NCBI GenBank assembly: GCA_964016885.1
Contig: OZ024746.1
Location: forward strand, 27,280,001 to 27,344,000
Length of the DNA: 64,000 nt
Source: Eledone cirrhosa
Lineage: Eukaryota
Reading direction: 5' to 3'
Under the pieces are notes generated by a model that saw only the letters and a list, made by a program, of their open reading frames with translations, was not told the origin of the DNA and did no database searches. Below are positions 29,146 to 42,979 of this stretch, piece by piece. A program made the position numbers and the translations under genes. The first letter of the stretch is position 1, and every line of letters starts with the position of its first letter.

Positions 29146-29472
29146 AAAGAAAGAGAGAGAGGGGTATGTATGCATGCGTGTAAGTATATATAAAAGAAGA
29201 TATGAAGCTGTTCTCGCGGATTCTAAGCGCCGAGAATATAAAGTTAATATAAAGAATGATATTCTCATGCGTCAAGATACTATACAACAGCTTATAAAAT
29301 AGGGGGAAAACCCTTAAAAGAAGGAAAAGTAAGTTGCTTCTGCTGGAACTCGCTAGGTGGCGCCCTGATTCACCTTTTAAAATTCATACCTTTCAAATGA
29401 TTATTCGTAAACATATCGTCTATAATTCGATATACAAATCCTACATACTTATATCTATTCTCCTCTCTCTAA

Positions 29473-29506
<34 letters not shown>

Positions 29507-30354
29507 TTACACACAATCATCACCTGTATAGAGAGGATCGTAGATATTAAAAAAGGGATTTATTTTGATAACCATGGTTCTTTTCATTTTATATATATAT
29601 ACAGCCTTAAATGTTTCTGTGAACTTTTGCCCTCCATAGATCTAGAATTGGTTTCTCTCACAATTACTCTTGCTGTTCCGCTCATTTCCTTATCCATGCC
29701 TAGGGTTAAAATATTGGCCTGACATGAACCGTTCCTCATATACATTCAGCTACTTTAGGCGACAAAATGATACAATATCAATGCAAACTTTAAAGTGATT
29801 TCCAAAAGCGGTTATGATAAGCGGTGAGCATTTCCAATTTATCGTTATCTGACAGTAGAAATCAATTAGATAGATTCGATTATAGAGGGGAAATTAAATA
29901 ACTGTTATTCTAAGTTGAATATCTTAAAAGAACCGAAAGCGTAGCAATTTCATTGATATATTCTTCTTAGCGTTTCCATTTGGCCGTAAGCTTCTGATAG
30001 TTAATAACATAAATATCCAAATGGATGGCTGAACTCGTGGGTTTTGAAAACTCATTAAAATAAGTTTCTCACTTCTATTAGAGTATTTGATGCTAGCTCT
30101 CCTTTAAAGATGTTTCCAAAGATATTGGTTAATTATCGATGAGCGTAAGACAAAGGTTTTAGAGAAGTAAGGGAATAAGTGGAAAGCTGACTGTGGTAAT
30201 ATTTGATCTGTAGACACTAATCTATCATACTACACACATAGTATTGAATATGGCAATTATATTGTATCTTAGCAATCACGAATAGCCTTCCATTTTGTTA
30301 ACTTATGAAGATATACCAATGTATGGCCATCTATCACCAACGTTTATTTAGTGT

Positions 30355-30665
30355 TTTGCACGAATGGTTAAGAAGTTCATTTCACAATCATGAGGGTCCT
30401 GGTTCAATCCCACACTGTGGCATCTTGGGAAAATCTCATTTACTATATCCTCGACCACACAAGATTTGTGATTGAAATTCTGTAGATGGAAGCTGATTAG
30501 AAACAAATCATTTTGACCGTATATGTACCGCAAACGGTCTGCCATGTTATACATATTTTGGACATGCTGAATCTCCCTGAGGGTTACGTTAAGAATACAC
30601 GTGTCTGCAGAGTGCTCAGGCATTTGGACACGGAGTTCTCAATCGAACGGCTGGAACACTGAATT
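30355..30665 (+). mobile_element. Degenerate tRNA-derived SINE (second family)
   Basis: tggttaag A-box-like, ggttcaatccc B-box, tcttgggaaaat CORE-like start. Confidence 0.6.
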
Positions 30666-31659
30666 CCATACCCTTATATTGATTTAAATGCCTAGTCACG
30701 TGATATTATCTTTGTATTGATATCATAGCTTAGATCTGAGTCATACATTTTTCTTTTTTGATCATACACAATATTTGTTCATAGAAACTATCTTATAACA
30801 ATATTTACAAGTAAAAAAAAAATATTTAAATGAAATAAAAAAAGGAAAGGGAAAGAAGAAAAAGAAAAAAAAATGAGAATTAATGAAAAAAAAATGAGAA
30901 TAAAGGGTGAGAGGGTTGGGAGAGACAGGCTCTACATTTCAGTCTGAGCGGTGAGACGGCCATGCTTTGTAGAGAGAATTATCATGAAATAAACTCTAAT
31001 ATAGTTGTTCTATGCCTAGTCACGTGTTGTTATCCTCGCTTCTATCTATATTACACTTTATATCTGGGTCATGAAATAAACTCTAATATGTGAAACTTAC
31101 TATAAAAGATCTTCTAAGGATGACGGAGGAAGAAGAGGCGAGGCTCATTGCCTTTTATTTCTTTACAGATCCTCAATAATTGAAATAGAACCGGATCAAT
31201 CACAGCGTTCGGGAAACACGTAGACAGGTCGCACACAAACACACACACACACAGACAAACACGCACGCACACATACACACACACGCGCACACACATGCAT
31301 TCATTCAAAATACGCACTCTCATACACATACACACACTCACACACAGACAAACACAAACAGATATACTCATTCACACACACACAAATACACTCACTCGCA
31401 CACATACACTCACTTATACACAATTTCCTCCACGCACATATGCATATGCATACACTCATACACACACATGCACACATTCATACACACATACTCACACACA
31501 TATACACAAACACATACAACACATACGTGCACACTCACGCACACACACACTTACATACACACAGACATACACATAAACATACATATACACACACAGCACA
31601 ATCTCACAACAGAATCATATTATAAAGCTAGAAACACCACCTTTACTCCTCAACTATAA

Positions 31660-32253
31660 CTGTTTCTACTTTTGGCACAAGGCCAGCAATTACCCAGTGC
31701 ATTACTGGTACTTTATTTTATCGACCCTGTAAGGATGAAAGGCAAAGTTAACGTCGGCGGGATTTGAACTCAGAACGTAAAGGGCCACTCCTCTGCTGCA
31801 AAGCATGGTATCCGACGCTCTACCGATACTGCCAATCCACCTACCCTTATTACTCAACTATAATGATTTCTAATATAGGCACAAGGCCAGTAATTTGGGC
31901 GGAGGGGAAAGTCGATTAAATCGACCCAGTACGTTACTGGTACTTTATTTTATCGACCCCCGTAAGGATGAAAGGCAAAGTTAACCTTGGCGGGATTTGA
32001 ACTTAGAACGTAGAGGGCCATTCCTCTGCTGCAATCTACCGATACTGCCAATCCACCGCCCTTCAATTATAATTGTTTATACTTTAGGCACAAGGCCAGC
32101 AAATACCCAGTGCATTACTGGTACTTTATTTTATCGACCCCGTAAGGATGAAAGGCAAAGTGAACCTCGGCGGGATTTGAACTCAGATCGTAAAGGGACG
32201 TAACTATGCTGGAAAGCATGGTGTCCGACCCTCTACCGATACTGCCAATCCAC
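31660..32253 (-). mobile_element. Tandem cluster of 3 tRNA-derived SINEs
   Basis: Units at ~31660-31848, 31865-32062 and 32072-32253. Confidence 0.9.
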
Positions 32254-32591
32254 TTCAATTATAATGATACAATAAGGGCGTAAATATTTAAGATTAAATC
32301 GTTTTCCAACGTCGTGAATTAATGAATCTAGCGGATTGTTAATCCATGACTTTACATACGATTTAACACAAGAGTGCACCCGTAATTACATTCCTATAAA
32401 AAGAGATGACGGAAAATCCCTAATAAGTCGGTATATATGAACTAAAATTTTGGCAACTACTGGAACTTGTGATTCACTTGAAGGTTTGAACAGCATGAGA
32501 TTCTATTAAACAAATATATAAATATACTGCACACCACGTATCTAATACTATCTCTCTCTTATAGTTACAATGTGTAGCATCTGTATGTTCA

Positions 32592-32646
<55 letters not shown>

Positions 32647-32660
32647 GTATTAAACAACTT

Positions 32661-33431
32661 AATAAGAAAACCCCAATCCTGCCTACACCACCAACAACTG
32701 CACAACCAACACAATCACCACAACTACCACTACAAAAACAACCACCACAGCTCAAACCAAAACAAAACAATGTCCAAACCATCCTCTCCACTCAAAAAAC
32801 AAAAACAATTTCCAAAACACCCGTACCGCAAACACAACCCGAAAATATACCCCTCCCCTCCAACGCGGAAGATGACCCTAGTTCGTCGTCAGACGAGGAG
32901 GAGCACTTCCACACAATCAAAAGAAAAAAAAGAAAACACACCTCAGACACACAAATGAAAAAAAACCCTCCCCAAAACATAACACTGACACCAACACAAA
33001 AGAGCTCACAACAACAGCAAACAAAAAACACCACACAAAAACAAAAACATGCATACACATACATAAATACAAGAAACAAAAAACTGTTAAACATTGTGTA
33101 CAACAACAATCTAATAAAAACACAAGGGCCTAACTTCACCCAGGCAGGGGATTTCCCCCACCTCAAAATGATTAAGGCCCCACAGGACACCTATAAAACT
33201 TTAAAAAACAATTTTAAAGAGGACGTGGGTCCCCCCTGCGTCGGGCCCATTAACCGCGTCCTCCTAAAAAACTATCCCACCCCCTCCCCAAACACCCACA
33301 CAACTCCAAGCTCCCCAACCACACAACACACTGATGCCCCCACACTTCCACAAACCACCACCCCACCCAACAACCCATCCCCCACCCTAATGGAAATTGT
33401 GCAGCCCGATACCCGGGACGCAGAGAGGTAA
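32661..33431 (+). CDS. Tx1 ORF1 C-terminal low-complexity region (5'-truncated)
   Basis: The frame of ORF 32955-33431 stays open upstream to the junction (NKKTPILPTPP...SSSSDEEEHFHTIKRKKRK); stop directly precedes ORF2. Confidence 0.65.
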   Translation, partial: NKKTPILPTPPTTAQPTQSPQLPLQKQPPQLKPKQNNVQTILSTQKTKTISKTPVPQTQPENIPLPSNAEDDPSSSSDEEEHFHTIKRKKRKHTSDTQMKKNPPQNITLTPTQKSSQQQQTKNTTQKQKHAYTYINTRNKKLLNIVYNNNLIKTQGPNFTQAGDFPHLKMIKAPQDTYKTLKNNFKEDVGPPCVGPINRVLLKNYPTPSPNTHTTPSSPTTQHTDAPTLPQTTTPPNNPSPTLMEIVQPDTRDAER

Positions 33432-36400
33432 GTGCCTTTTCTCTTCACCACCAACATGGCTATGCTAAGAGTAGGCTGTTTAAATGCGCGTGGCCTGGGC
33501 TCAACTTGGAAGCAAGCAATGCTTCTAAATGACCTCAGGTCACAACGTATAGATGTGATGGTTATTTGCGAGGCCCGGATCAGCAACGTGCGACAGCTGG
33601 CCCCCACCTTTGATGACTTTGAGATGCACGCATCTCTCTGTCAGCCCGGAGGTGGGGGTGGAGTTGTCGTTCTGCTGCAAAAACATCTGGGTCTCGCAAC
33701 ACAGATGGTACATTTGGACCCGGAGGGTCGACTAGTGGTTCTGGACCTTGGCAGTGGTAAAGGCGGAGCGTTTAGGTTGGTAGCCGCCTACGGCCCTTTC
33801 GGGTCAATGCGGCCGGACTTCTTCCATCGTCTGGAGACTTTTCTAGGGACGTCCCGCTCCTTGCTATTAGTGGGGGACTGGAATGGTATCCTAGATGCAC
33901 GCTGGGACTACGTAGGGGCCTGCCCCGATAGAGAGGGGTGTAATAGCCTCAAAGGGTTAATCGGTCGATTTGACCTGGACGATAGATATCGACTAGATTT
34001 TCCGACTGCGCCAACCTGGACTTGGGCAAATCGTAGCGGATCATCTAGGTCGTACCTAGATAGGTTCTTAGTTAGAATTAAGGATAAGGACTTTTTAAGT
34101 TGTCCAAAAATGCGCATGGTTGGCTATTCAGACCACAAATTAGTGACCTGCATGGTCAACCTTGACAGAACTCATAGACAGGGCCCCGGTTACTGGAAGC
34201 TCAACTTGTCCTTGCCGGCAAGTAGAGCCTACAGGAATCGGATTAGTACGTTAGTTAAGGAACGGTTGACTGGAGCGATCGTCAACAGCAGGTGGTGGGT
34301 ATCTCTAAAGAGAGAGATTAGAGTAGTCTCGATAGAATTTAGTAAGGTTCTAGCTGCGGATAGGAATAGGAAGGAAAGGGAGCTAATAGATAGAGTAGAA
34401 GTGGCAATTAGAAGCGGCGACGTGGCCAGAGTGCTAGCGTCGAGAACGGCTTTGAGCCAGTTTTTCGACGCGAAGCACGAAGGCTGCGTTGTCCGAAGTA
34501 AAATACGTGCTCTAGGGAACGAGGGGACCAAAGCTGTTAGCTGGGCCCGCGTGACAGAGGCCAACAGTGGAACTAAATCCACCATCCGGTCTTTGCGAGA
34601 CCTGGATGGACGGGCGATTCTTGAGCCTAAGCAGATGTGTGAGGCCTTTCAAAGGCACTTTGCCCGACTGTTCGGGAGGGGCGGGGAGCCGGTTGGGAAC
34701 GTGGACTTCGGTCCATACCTCGACGGCCTGCCGCGCCTCTCGGACAGAGAGGCGAAGTCCTGCGAGGAGCCGATTTCGGCCGCTGAGATAGAGGACGTGC
34801 TGAGCCAATGCGGCAAACGAAAATCCCCGGGTCTCGATGGTCTTCCTTACGAATTATATCTAGCTATGCCGGACTTGTTCCCCGATCTCCTCGAGGCGGT
34901 CTACTGCAACTGGCAACAGAACGGGAGAATTCCCTGTACTGTGACCAAGGGCGTAGTCACGCTAGTGAGGAAGGACGAGAACAAGGGGGACGAAATAAGT
35001 AACTTCAGGCCCATAACACTGCTAAATACAGAGTTACAGATTTTGGCCAAGGTGCTAGCAAAGAGGTTGGCGCTTGTCGTGGGCAACCTGGTGGGAGATG
35101 CGCAGACATGCGCTATCCCGTCCAGGTCCATCCATGACAACCTCCACCTCATGCGATACATCATAGAGAGGGTTGGGAACGAACCCGGCTTTGGTGGGGC
35201 TCTGATCAACTTGGATCAATCTAAGGCGTTCGATAGGGTCGACCATGGTTACCTGGATGCGGTGCTAGCGGCGGCAGGCTTCGGACCCGTTTTCAGGGGC
35301 TGGATCACTGCTATGCACAGCAGCCGCATCTGCTCTAGGGTCAAGGTGAACGGCTACCTCTCGGAGCCGTTCAAAATCGCGCGGTCCATCCGACAAGGGT
35401 GCCCTCTCTCCTCCCTTCTGTATGTGTTGACTCTCGAGCCACTACTGCGGAAGTTGGAGTTGTTGCAGGGCATCCCTTTGGAACCGGGATTGCGGAAAGC
35501 GGTGTCGGCCTACTCCGATGACGTGACAGTAATGGTGTCGACGGCCTCCGAAATCGAGGCGGTCGGCACCTTACTGGAGGAGTACGAAAAGTTCACAGGG
35601 GCTAAGCTGAACCGGGACAAGTCGATCGGTTTGCAACTCGGCACGTGGAGGGGCAGACCGATGCCCTCCGATGGCGTCGTCGGACGCTGGACGGAGGGCC
35701 CGGTGAAGTTGCTCGGGGTCTGGTTCGGACCGGACCTCCAGGTGGAGAAAAACTGGGCGGAGGTTACGAACAGGGTGTTTGCACTGACCCAGAAGTGGGC
35801 CAGTTGCAAACTATCCCTGAAAGGTCGGGCGGAGGTGGCGAACACCTACATAGCGTCCGTCATCTACTACCGCCTGACCGTAGTGCCCTGCCCAAGGGAA
35901 ACCCTCACCAAGATGGAGCGCGCGCTCTTCCAATTCCTTTGGAAGAGGCGGGCTCCTATGGTGAGGAGATCCATCTGCTGTCAACACCCTTCGAAAGGAG
36001 GGCTGGGGATGCCGTGGCTAATGATGCGTAAACACGCATTAAGGCTACGGCACCTCTACGTATTCCTCACCGGACAACCGGTGTGGGCCTCGTTTGTGAG
36101 ACGAACCTTTCCCAGACTCGTCTCACTCACCGAGCTGCAATCCTGGGCCAAGCAAAGACCGAGAAAACTGGGCGCCTGGCACACTGAGTGTGCCCAGGCG
36201 CTCACCGCCCTCTGGCAGGCGGATCCGGTTATCAGTGGAGACTCCACCGCAACATTCTATAGAGGGCTGGTACGCAGCAGGTGCAACGACGCCCTCGGAG
36301 AAGCCCTAGACATGGAGGAGGACGAACTGGCCAGCCTGTTCGGTAGGACATTCAGCCCGGGACCTATGGACAACTTCCAGAAGTCCCTGGCCTGGCAGTG

Positions 36401-36894
36401 CTACCGAGGGGCTTTACCCGTTCGAGAAAGGCTCTACAGACACGGGCGCCCGGGTAGGGACCCCGCCAAAAAGATCTGTCCCAGATGCGTGTGCGACGAG
36501 GAAACCGTTGCACACGCATTGGTACACTGCTCGGGCGTAGCCGATCTGTGGGGCTATGTCGAACAACTGCTGTCAAGGGTGGGACCGATCCGGTTGACCA
36601 CCGAGTCTATTGTAATGATCAAGCCGCCTCCCCCCCTTCAAAGATGAAGCAGAGGCGGTGTTTCTGTGCGTAATAGCCATGGCGAAAGAGGTTGTATGGT
36701 GGACGCGTCTGAAAGGACTGAGGTCAGGCACCTTTCTCTCTGGCCAACAACTGGTCCGTTTCTTCCGTTATCATTTCGGAAGAAGGATCAGGATGGAGAG
36801 AGAGGTGCTGCACCCCAGCCGTTTCTATGAAAGATGGGTGAAAGTGGCGAGAATGGCCCGTGTGAATGGGCCTTCACTCTACATCAGACTATAG
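33432..36894 (+). CDS. Tx1 ORF2: APE endonuclease + reverse transcriptase + C-terminal zinc-binding region; +1 frameshift at ~36630
   Basis: LNARGL, VGDWN, SYLDRF, YSDHK (APE); KSPGLDG, NFRPITLLN, LDQSKAFDRV, RQGCPLS, YSDD (RT); CPRC..ETVAHALVHC; continues in ORF 36658-36894. Probable start ATG ~33456. Confidence 0.92.
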
Positions 36895-37177
36895 GTGAGG
36901 AAGATGAAAGACCAAGGGAGCACCCCTTCTCTGTGCTCCTGAGGAGAAGGGTTGCACACTTTTTTCGGGGGTGTGTGCGACCCCCCAAGGCGCCTCCTCT
37001 CTATTGAGGATTTTGTTATAAATTTTATTTTTTGTTATATCTTATTTTATTTTTATATTTTGTTATTGCCTCCTCCTTATTGAGGACGCCTTTTTGTGTA
37101 AACTCCCCCCTTCGTACTTGTCCCACTTTTGATGCCCTAGTGGCAAATAAAAGAAACATATCTATGTATTAAACAAC

Positions 37178-37320
37178 CCATTTGTGGCGCCTCCCCCCTA
37201 TTGGGGATTTCGATTGTTGAAATTGTTTGTTTTTATATTTTTTACACGACTGTATGTAAAATCCCCGGCATGTCTTTGTATTGTCCCCTTTCTTGTTGCG
37301 CCCTTGTGGCTAATAAAGAA

Positions 37321-37321
<1 letters not shown>
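37178..37321 (+). mobile_element. Short diverged Tx1 3'UTR copy
   Basis: tgtaaaatcccc..ttgtccc..gcccttgtggctaataaagaaa followed by (TCTA)n; related to 37090-37158 and 845-908. Confidence 0.75.
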
Positions 37322-37403
<82 letters not shown>

Positions 37404-37494
37404 GATCTATCTGTCTATCTGTCTATATCTATATCTATATATATATTTATAAATACGTGTGTATGTGAGTGTGTATATATAATATATATGTATA

Positions 37495-37685
<191 letters not shown>

Positions 37686-37785
37686 CATATATATATATTA
37701 TACATATAATATATTATATATACACACTCACATATACACATATTTATAAATATATATATATATATATAGACAGATAGATAGACAG

Positions 37786-37835
<50 letters not shown>

Positions 37836-38469
37836 GCATATATATATATATATATACACAGACACAGGCACACACTGACACACACACACACCCATATATA
37901 TATATATATATCTATGAACACACATTCACAGATATACATATGCATACATATGTGGTGCGTATGTTTATTTTCTAATGCGGATCTTCTTTTGTAAATAAAA
38001 TAAATATTCCTTTCACATTAAAATACATCACAGAGGAAAAAACAAACAAACATTACCAAAAAAAAAAAAGAAAAAAAAGCCACATTGCATAGCTTGTAGC
38101 CTTGATTAATTTACATAGGAAGCACGTATTCATGATGCCATGATTATTTTTACGCTACATAAATATATATAATAAACTGAAGCAGAAAGCAAAGTTTTAC
38201 CTAGTCTTTGTGGAGACGTAACGATAATAACGTTATTTGCAGAGTTTTAATAAAACGCAGACATATCTGTACATACATTAACACACACAGTTGCACATAC
38301 ACATACACACTCATACGTACTGCCATTGCATATGTATATACAGACACTCACACACATTCATGACTATTCACACGGATGTATAATTGTATATATGTTTGTT
38401 TTTTTTTTGTTATAGTATATTGTATATAAACTTTTCTAAGAAATGTTCTCCCTATTGATATTGTAAAAC

Positions 38470-38540
<71 letters not shown>

Positions 38541-39310
38541 CAACAAAAACAACAACATAATCAGTAATAATAATGTAATAATAATAATCTTTTTTTATTT
38601 TTTTTTTTATTTATTTTTGTTTATCAAAAGCCTCCGCGTTTCGAATTTATTTCTGGAGAATTTCCGGAACAGCACATCCATTTGATAGATCATTTAGATT
38701 ATCAATAATTTCCAGAGGGAAATATTCTCTGTATGAGTTGCATACAGCGATCCGTCTAATTCTTTTCAAAGGTTTTCAAAGTCATTCGTTTTGACTTCCT
38801 TAAAAATATGGCGTCCATTTACAACAAAAAGTTTCTCCTTTTGTGTTTCCGGTTTGCATGATATATTAGAACACCCGAGGTTATAACAATATTTTCCATT
38901 TATAGAATTATCTTTGAAAAGATGTCTTTATTTCTTTATTGCTATGTGTTTCTTTGGAAATTTACATATTCTTTGTTCAATATAGGTGTTTAGAAAATTC
39001 GGAAGCAACAAAGCTTTCAAGACTGAACATTAAGATTTTATATATTCTGTATTCGATTATGAAACATTTTGTTCTTATCTGTTTCAATTATTTTATTAAT
39101 ACAATTATTATCGAAATTTATGTATAGTTACAGTAGAATCTATTTACCGTGTATGAGTTTACACGTTGAATTGTGTCATGAAACAGTCAACCAATGAAAT
39201 AAGTTTCATTCAATCTATTTCATATTAAATATATTCACACCTTTGATCAGCTAAATTAAGAACGAGCTCCGGGATATGCATTAGCACTTCCATAACATTT
39301 CTTGCGCTAT

Positions 39311-39387
39311 CCTCCGGTCTAAATCATACGTCATTCCTCCGGTCTAAATCATACGTCATTCCTCCGGTCTAAATCATACGTCATTCA
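39311..39387. repeat. 25-bp tandem repeat x3
   Basis: cctccggtctaaatcatacgtcatt three times. Confidence 0.95.
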
Positions 39388-39445
39388 CTCAGCCGGGACG
39401 ATGGAGCAACAGCAATACTAGAAACATTAATGTATAATATATATT

Positions 39446-39662
39446 AGGGCGGTGGATTGGCAGTATCGGTAGAGGGTCGGACGCCATGCTTTGCAGCATA
39501 GAGTTACGGCCCTTTATGATCTGAGTTCATATCCCGCCGAGGTTAACTTTGCCTTTCATCCCCACGAAGTCGATAAAATAAAGTACCAGTCACACACTGG
39601 GGTCGATTTAATTGACTTCCTCCTCGCCCCAAATTGCTGGCCTTGTGGCTATATAAGAAACC
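39446..39662 (+). mobile_element. tRNA-derived SINE with TSD
   Basis: Family core present; cattaatgtataatatata flanks both sides (~39425 and ~39662). Confidence 0.9.
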
Positions 39663-40791
39663 ATTAATGTATAATATATACGACAGAGAATGATCTGTGG
39701 TTCAGTAATCATATATTGAACTCTGACTACAATGACACTGGAGTTTTCTTACATAGTATTTTAATGTTTTGACTTTTAAAACATTTAATCCATGACACTA
39801 CAATTCCATGTCTATTGAAGAACATCAGATATATGTTGCTTTGTATTCCCAGCAGACAGAATTACGAAAATGTTATCTAGGGAGATATCTTATCTTAGGT
39901 ATTGCTTTACTAAATTAATATACCCACAGGCTGATTAAAAGTGCTAAGGGCTATTAAGTGAAAATTAAAACTTACACGTTACTCATTAAGCTGTTACAAT
40001 ATTATAACATACTTTGCACATATTTCGTTGCCCGAATTATCTGAAGTCAATAGGCAAACTGATTAATATCACTTTTTTAATTAAATTACAAAGCTCTGAG
40101 TAAGGGAAGGTCAAAACTCGATCGTCATACGCATGACAGCAACTAAAATATGCACCAACAGAACAACGTCCGCCATGTTAGTTTCTGCTACAATAAAATA
40201 TCATGAAAGAAAATGATGTGAAAAGGGCACAGTTTAAATGTATGTATAATACTAAAAAATGGTCGTGGAAAATCACAAACACACACACAGACACACATAC
40301 ACATATATACATACTTACGTACAGACACACACATACACACGTGCACAGACTCACACAAATATAAGCAAACATGTATGAACACACACTTATCTATGTATCT
40401 ATCTGTATGTAGGTACATGCATACAGACATACGCACACATGTATGTGTGAGTATATATTTCCTACTTTCTCTATCTTACTCCTCAGCACCAGTTTCTCGT
40501 TCTCCTTCCCCTCTTCTTCCTCCTATTCCTCCTCTCCCCCCCCCCTGCTCTAACGTATATCAATTGCATTTTGATGAAACGTTTCAAGCGTGAACGTTCG
40601 TGTAGTTTATGAATTAAAATATTTAGATTCAAACACGCAAAGACACAGTACACACGCACATACTCGCGTGCACACACACACACACACCCACATACACACA
40701 GGCGCGCGCGTGCAGAGACACATACACACGTATATGTATAAATGTATATATATGTATATATGTATATGTATGTAGGTATATGTGTATATAT

Positions 40792-40827
<36 letters not shown>

Positions 40828-41258
40828 GCATGTGTGTGTGTTTGTATGCCTGAATGTGTGTTTGTACTGTGTTTACCTTAAAGAGAGTGAGCACATCTGT
40901 GTGTATATATGCATATATGTATGTATGTATGTTTGTATGTATGTATGTATATATGTACGTATCTGTTGCTCGTAAATTAATTTAAATTATGCATAAATAT
41001 TATACACATACGTTGAAACTGTTTCTGATTGCCTCTTGCATTATATTTCCGATAAATTTCGATGATTAATCGATTCAATTGATGGATATATTCTTCCATT
41101 AAGCCTTTCTCTGTCTCTTTTCTATATTGATATGTTTCTAAATCTGATCACACCCCGCTTCTTTATTAACTCACTACAAAGATTAAATATCATACTGGGT
41201 GCATTTACCATTAAATATTAACAGAATTCTAACAGAATATCTAACTTAATGAATCCAG

Positions 41259-41324
<66 letters not shown>

Positions 41325-41416
41325 CACACACATGCACACACACACATAAACATATATATATATATATATATACATATACACATGCATACATACAAATATA
41401 CATACATACGTACATT

Positions 41417-41449
<33 letters not shown>

Positions 41450-41562
41450 GTATATATATGTATATATATATATTTATATGTGTATGTATATATATTCCAG
41501 TATTGGCAGTACTGGAATTGAACTATCAAGACCGTTGTGGTATGTCATACATCAATTCATGT

Positions 41563-41626
41563 ATTTTATCTGACGAGGACGTACTGAAAAAACAGCATAG
41601 TACCTTCGAAATATATATAATAAAAC
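41563..41626 (+). ncRNA. Type I hammerhead ribozyme motif (family A-related)
   Basis: ttttat-CTGACGA(41570)-ggacgtactg...tagtaccttc-GAAA(41608)-tatata-TA-ataaaa; homologous to 27719-27785. Confidence 0.78.
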
Positions 41627-41673
41627 ATATATTTTGATTATGTGAATGTCTTCATTTATTATTATTCTGAATA

Positions 41674-41707
<34 letters not shown>

Positions 41708-41710
<3 letters not shown>

Positions 41711-42014
41711 AAAGTTTTATTTAAAATTGTTGGGTTACAACGAGTAAATATTTTATAACTGATATAAAGCACTCAACAAGTTTTGGAGTAGATATACGAT
41801 ATTAAAACCAACTTTTTTTACATACGATATTAAAACCAACTTTTTTAAATGGAAGTTTCAATTTTTTTATGGTACGTCAAATTTATTTATAAAACTGCTT
41901 ATATATTGTATTTTATCTGAAGAAGGCATGCCATATTTTTAATATGGTATCCCTGAAATATGTATAATGAAATAAATATGGTTTTATAAATATAGTTTCC
42001 ATTTGTTTAATATC

Positions 42015-42015
<1 letters not shown>
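41708..42015. mobile_element. Fold-back hammerhead element, family A
   Basis: Tail (minus sense) 41708-41797, short inverted arm, then plus-sense arm ending aatatcg-(TA)n. Confidence 0.75.
41909..41974 (+). ncRNA. Type I hammerhead ribozyme motif (family A)
   Basis: tattttat-CTGAAGA(41917)-aggcatgccatatt-ttt-aatatggtatccct-GAAA(41955)-tatgta-TA-atgaaata. Confidence 0.8.
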
Positions 42016-42056
<41 letters not shown>

Positions 42057-42088
42057 CTGGATTCATATATATATATAAAGCTGGATTC

Positions 42089-42170
<82 letters not shown>

Positions 42171-42979
42171 CATATTCAAAATATATATATACATATACAC
42201 ATGCATACATACAAATAAACATATATATGTGTTATATATTATATTATATATAACATATAATATATGATATCTAATCTATTATATATATTATATTGATCGT
42301 ATGAATTAATATTTACAGATCTGATCCCTTACCTCCTTTATCAATTCACTACAAAGATTATATATTATATTGGAGTAGTGCCGTTGGTATACATATTAAA
42401 AGCATTCAAAGAGAATAAGTGAGTTAATGTGTGCCAACCTTCTATAGTGACGTTCTGTTTCATCCTATAGTTTATTTCACTCAAGAGTGAAACTGCTCCT
42501 AAATTAGAATGTGATAACTTGAATTCTTTTGACAGATATCATTACAATTTGGAATGTTTATAGTAAAGTGGTGTGATAAGGCCTGATTTAATAGCTTGGA
42601 GGTGGTGATTAGTGTCCTAATTCTTTGTTGTAACTTTCATTTCCATTTAGGGATTCCTGGGAGGAATTCAGTGGAGCTGTTTTCCATTGATTTCAACCAA
42701 CTAAACTGCTAGAGTTGTTAACGCCTTAATGCCTCGGTATTTTTACCGATTCAATGTGTTCTAAGTTCAAATCCCACCGAGGTAAACTTAGCCTTTCATC
42801 ATTTCGGATGATAGAGGGCGGGGTCAACGAATAAACCCCAGTCTAGAAGCAGTTGATTGGTGGAGTAACGGAATTGATAAACTGTCGAAAAGAATGTTTG
42901 CGGTAACTGTCTTGGCTAGTTCCATGCGTTCTGAACTCAAAGTTCAGCCTCTTTCTGTCAATAGTTCTGACGGACAGAT

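Larger units (their letters stand above)
32659..37158 (+). mobile_element. Tx1-clade (L1 group) LINE, 5'-truncated within ORF1
   Basis: ORF1 tail + ORF2 + 3'UTR; 19-bp TSD tatctatgtattaaacaac at 32640-32658 and 37159-37177. Confidence 0.92.
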
